Positions 63,029 through 64,000 of a stretch of 64,000 nt of DNA are shown here, one piece after another. The DNA is from Opitutales bacterium (lineage in GTDB: Bacteria > Verrucomicrobiota > Verrucomicrobiia > Opitutales > JAFGAQ01). Position numbers and translations under genes: made by a program. How positions within the stretch are numbered: the first letter of the stretch is position 1; every line of letters begins with the position of its first letter. The stretch is from the NCBI GenBank assembly GCA_033813415.1, contig JAPXRV010000001.1:40524-104523 (forward strand). Direction: 5' to 3'. The notes below the pieces were generated by a model. The model was not told the origin of the DNA and did no database searches. It saw only the letters and a list, made by a program, of their open reading frames with translations.

Positions 63029-64000
63029 ATGGCAAAACCTCGAAGAGCAAAAACCCGAAAAAAGCCTGTAACCGCGACCTTTGGCCCTCGTCTCCAAAGT
63101 CGCAAGCCTGTGCTTGCGTTTCTCTTATCGCTGGTAGGAATCCTGCATTTGCTCGCGACATGGGATTATCGGCCAGACCAGCAAGGATTCTTCACGGTTA
63201 ATCAGACTGGTGATTTTGGGAGAGACAACATGATTGGCCAAATCGGAGCTGAAGCAGGATTCTGGTCGCTGAGGCTGTTGGGACTTGCTGCTCTGTTCGT
63301 CGGGCCCATACTGATTCGTTTTGCTTCTCTGCTGATTCAAAAGGCACAGCGACAGATCACCCCCACGCACATTTTGGGATCGATTCTTTTCATCCTTGGG
63401 ACCTGTGGGCTCTATCAACTCTCAGATCCGGCTCCAGGATTATGGGCTTCCCATTTTCCACATGGCTCGCTCACTCAGGGAAAAGGTGGAACCATCGGAA
63501 TTCTTCTCATCGAAACCTATCTTGAGCATTCTCTTGGCAAAGCCGGATCGTCAATGCTCATGGGTTCGGTTTGGCTTGCCGGTTTCGTCCTCCTGTTCAG
63601 TCCGCTTTGGACACTTCTGGTGCACTCGCTACGCTGGTTTGCTGGACTCTTGGCAAAGGGCTACCGCAACTACATGGCCCAACCCAAGGGAGAACGCAAA
63701 GTATTCCGTTTGCCGGATTTGAGACCGGTTTCGCTGCCTATTGGGCTCAAAGCCAAACGTTCACTTCTGAGTCCACTTTTTGGAAAACCAGTGACTGGGG
63801 ATGCGGGCAATCCGATCGATCCTGAATACGAAGCATCCAATCAACCCAAAGTCCCTCTTAAGAAGGGGATGTCTTCTTCCGCTTCATCTGCCCCAATTGT
63901 CTTGCCGGAGCCCATCCACCCATCCACGCAAAACCCCACAAAAAAAACCGTTGCTTCCGCCGTGGAGGCCCCACCTCCACCATCAAAAGCTGTTGCAAAA
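63029..64000 (+). CDS. ftsK: DNA translocase FtsK, N-terminal membrane domain and linker (3' end beyond window)
   Basis: Open frame 2 from ATG 63029 to the window edge, 324 codons with no stop by my own translation. It is absent from the ORF track because it has no stop. It has a basic N-terminus and 4 TM segments with NMIGQIGAEAGFWSLRLLG and GGTIGILLIETYLEHSLGKAGS, then a P/S/A-rich linker. Confidence 0.75.
   Translation, partial: MAKPRRAKTRKKPVTATFGPRLQSRKPVLAFLLSLVGILHLLATWDYRPDQQGFFTVNQTGDFGRDNMIGQIGAEAGFWSLRLLGLAALFVGPILIRFASLLIQKAQRQITPTHILGSILFILGTCGLYQLSDPAPGLWASHFPHGSLTQGKGGTIGILLIETYLEHSLGKAGSSMLMGSVWLAGFVLLFSPLWTLLVHSLRWFAGLLAKGYRNYMAQPKGERKVFRLPDLRPVSLPIGLKAKRSLLSPLFGKPVTGDAGNPIDPEYEASNQPKVPLKKGMSSSASSAPIVLPEPIHPSTQNPTKKTVASAVEAPPPPSKAVAK

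Noticed and set aside
1-64000. Search for mobile elements, prophage genes, integrases, rRNA or tRNA genes and CRISPR arrays across the window.
   Set aside because: No transposase, integrase or phage-like translations appear in the ORF track, and no long inverted or direct terminal repeats were noticed by eye. A computational scan (ISfinder BLAST, tRNAscan-SE, barrnap, CRISPR finders) is still needed for certainty.

Overview
Gene-dense chromosomal segment with about 55 protein-coding genes on both strands. I found no rRNA, convincing tRNA, CRISPR array, transposase or integrase. Most of it is housekeeping: moxR-DUF58, HU, yajC-secDF-recJ, menB, glgB, rho, coaE, coaD, GTP-dependent PEPCK, dnaE, hisI, purB plus a purA-like gene, and the 5' part of ftsK running off the right edge. 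Gene content (fused SecDF, DUF1573, GTP-PEPCK, SET-domain protein, long Rho, many secreted or glycan genes) suggests a PVC-superphylum or Verrucomicrobiota-like organism, but this is inference only. The regions most worth a second look are: (1) a minus-strand block at 25.6-37.3 kb, split by glgB, in which rho is followed directly by three GspE/PilB/PilT-family ATPases with no pilin, platform or secretin genes. Beyond glgB sits a regulatory module of a stand-alone T2SSE_N/MshEN-like protein, a CheY-like receiver, and a receiver fused to an apparently ATPase-dead sigma54-activator-like domain with a Pro/Ala-rich repeat tail where the DNA-binding domain should be. (2) A membrane-anchored AAA_16/STAND-like NTPase paired with an HDOD protein (17.4-20.4 kb), near a VapB/PIN-like pair and a bacterial SET-domain gene. 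(3) A Rho with an N-terminal disordered Q/N/G/R-rich extension of about 327 aa. (4) A GNAT / RimK-family ATP-grasp / class IV aminotransferase trio. (5) An ~0.8 kb non-coding, hairpin- and repeat-rich island (43.9-44.7 kb) abutting a secreted beta-helix protein whose C-terminal Ig-like domain looks cut short. All functional calls come from motif recognition by eye in the supplied translations. No database search or computation was run.
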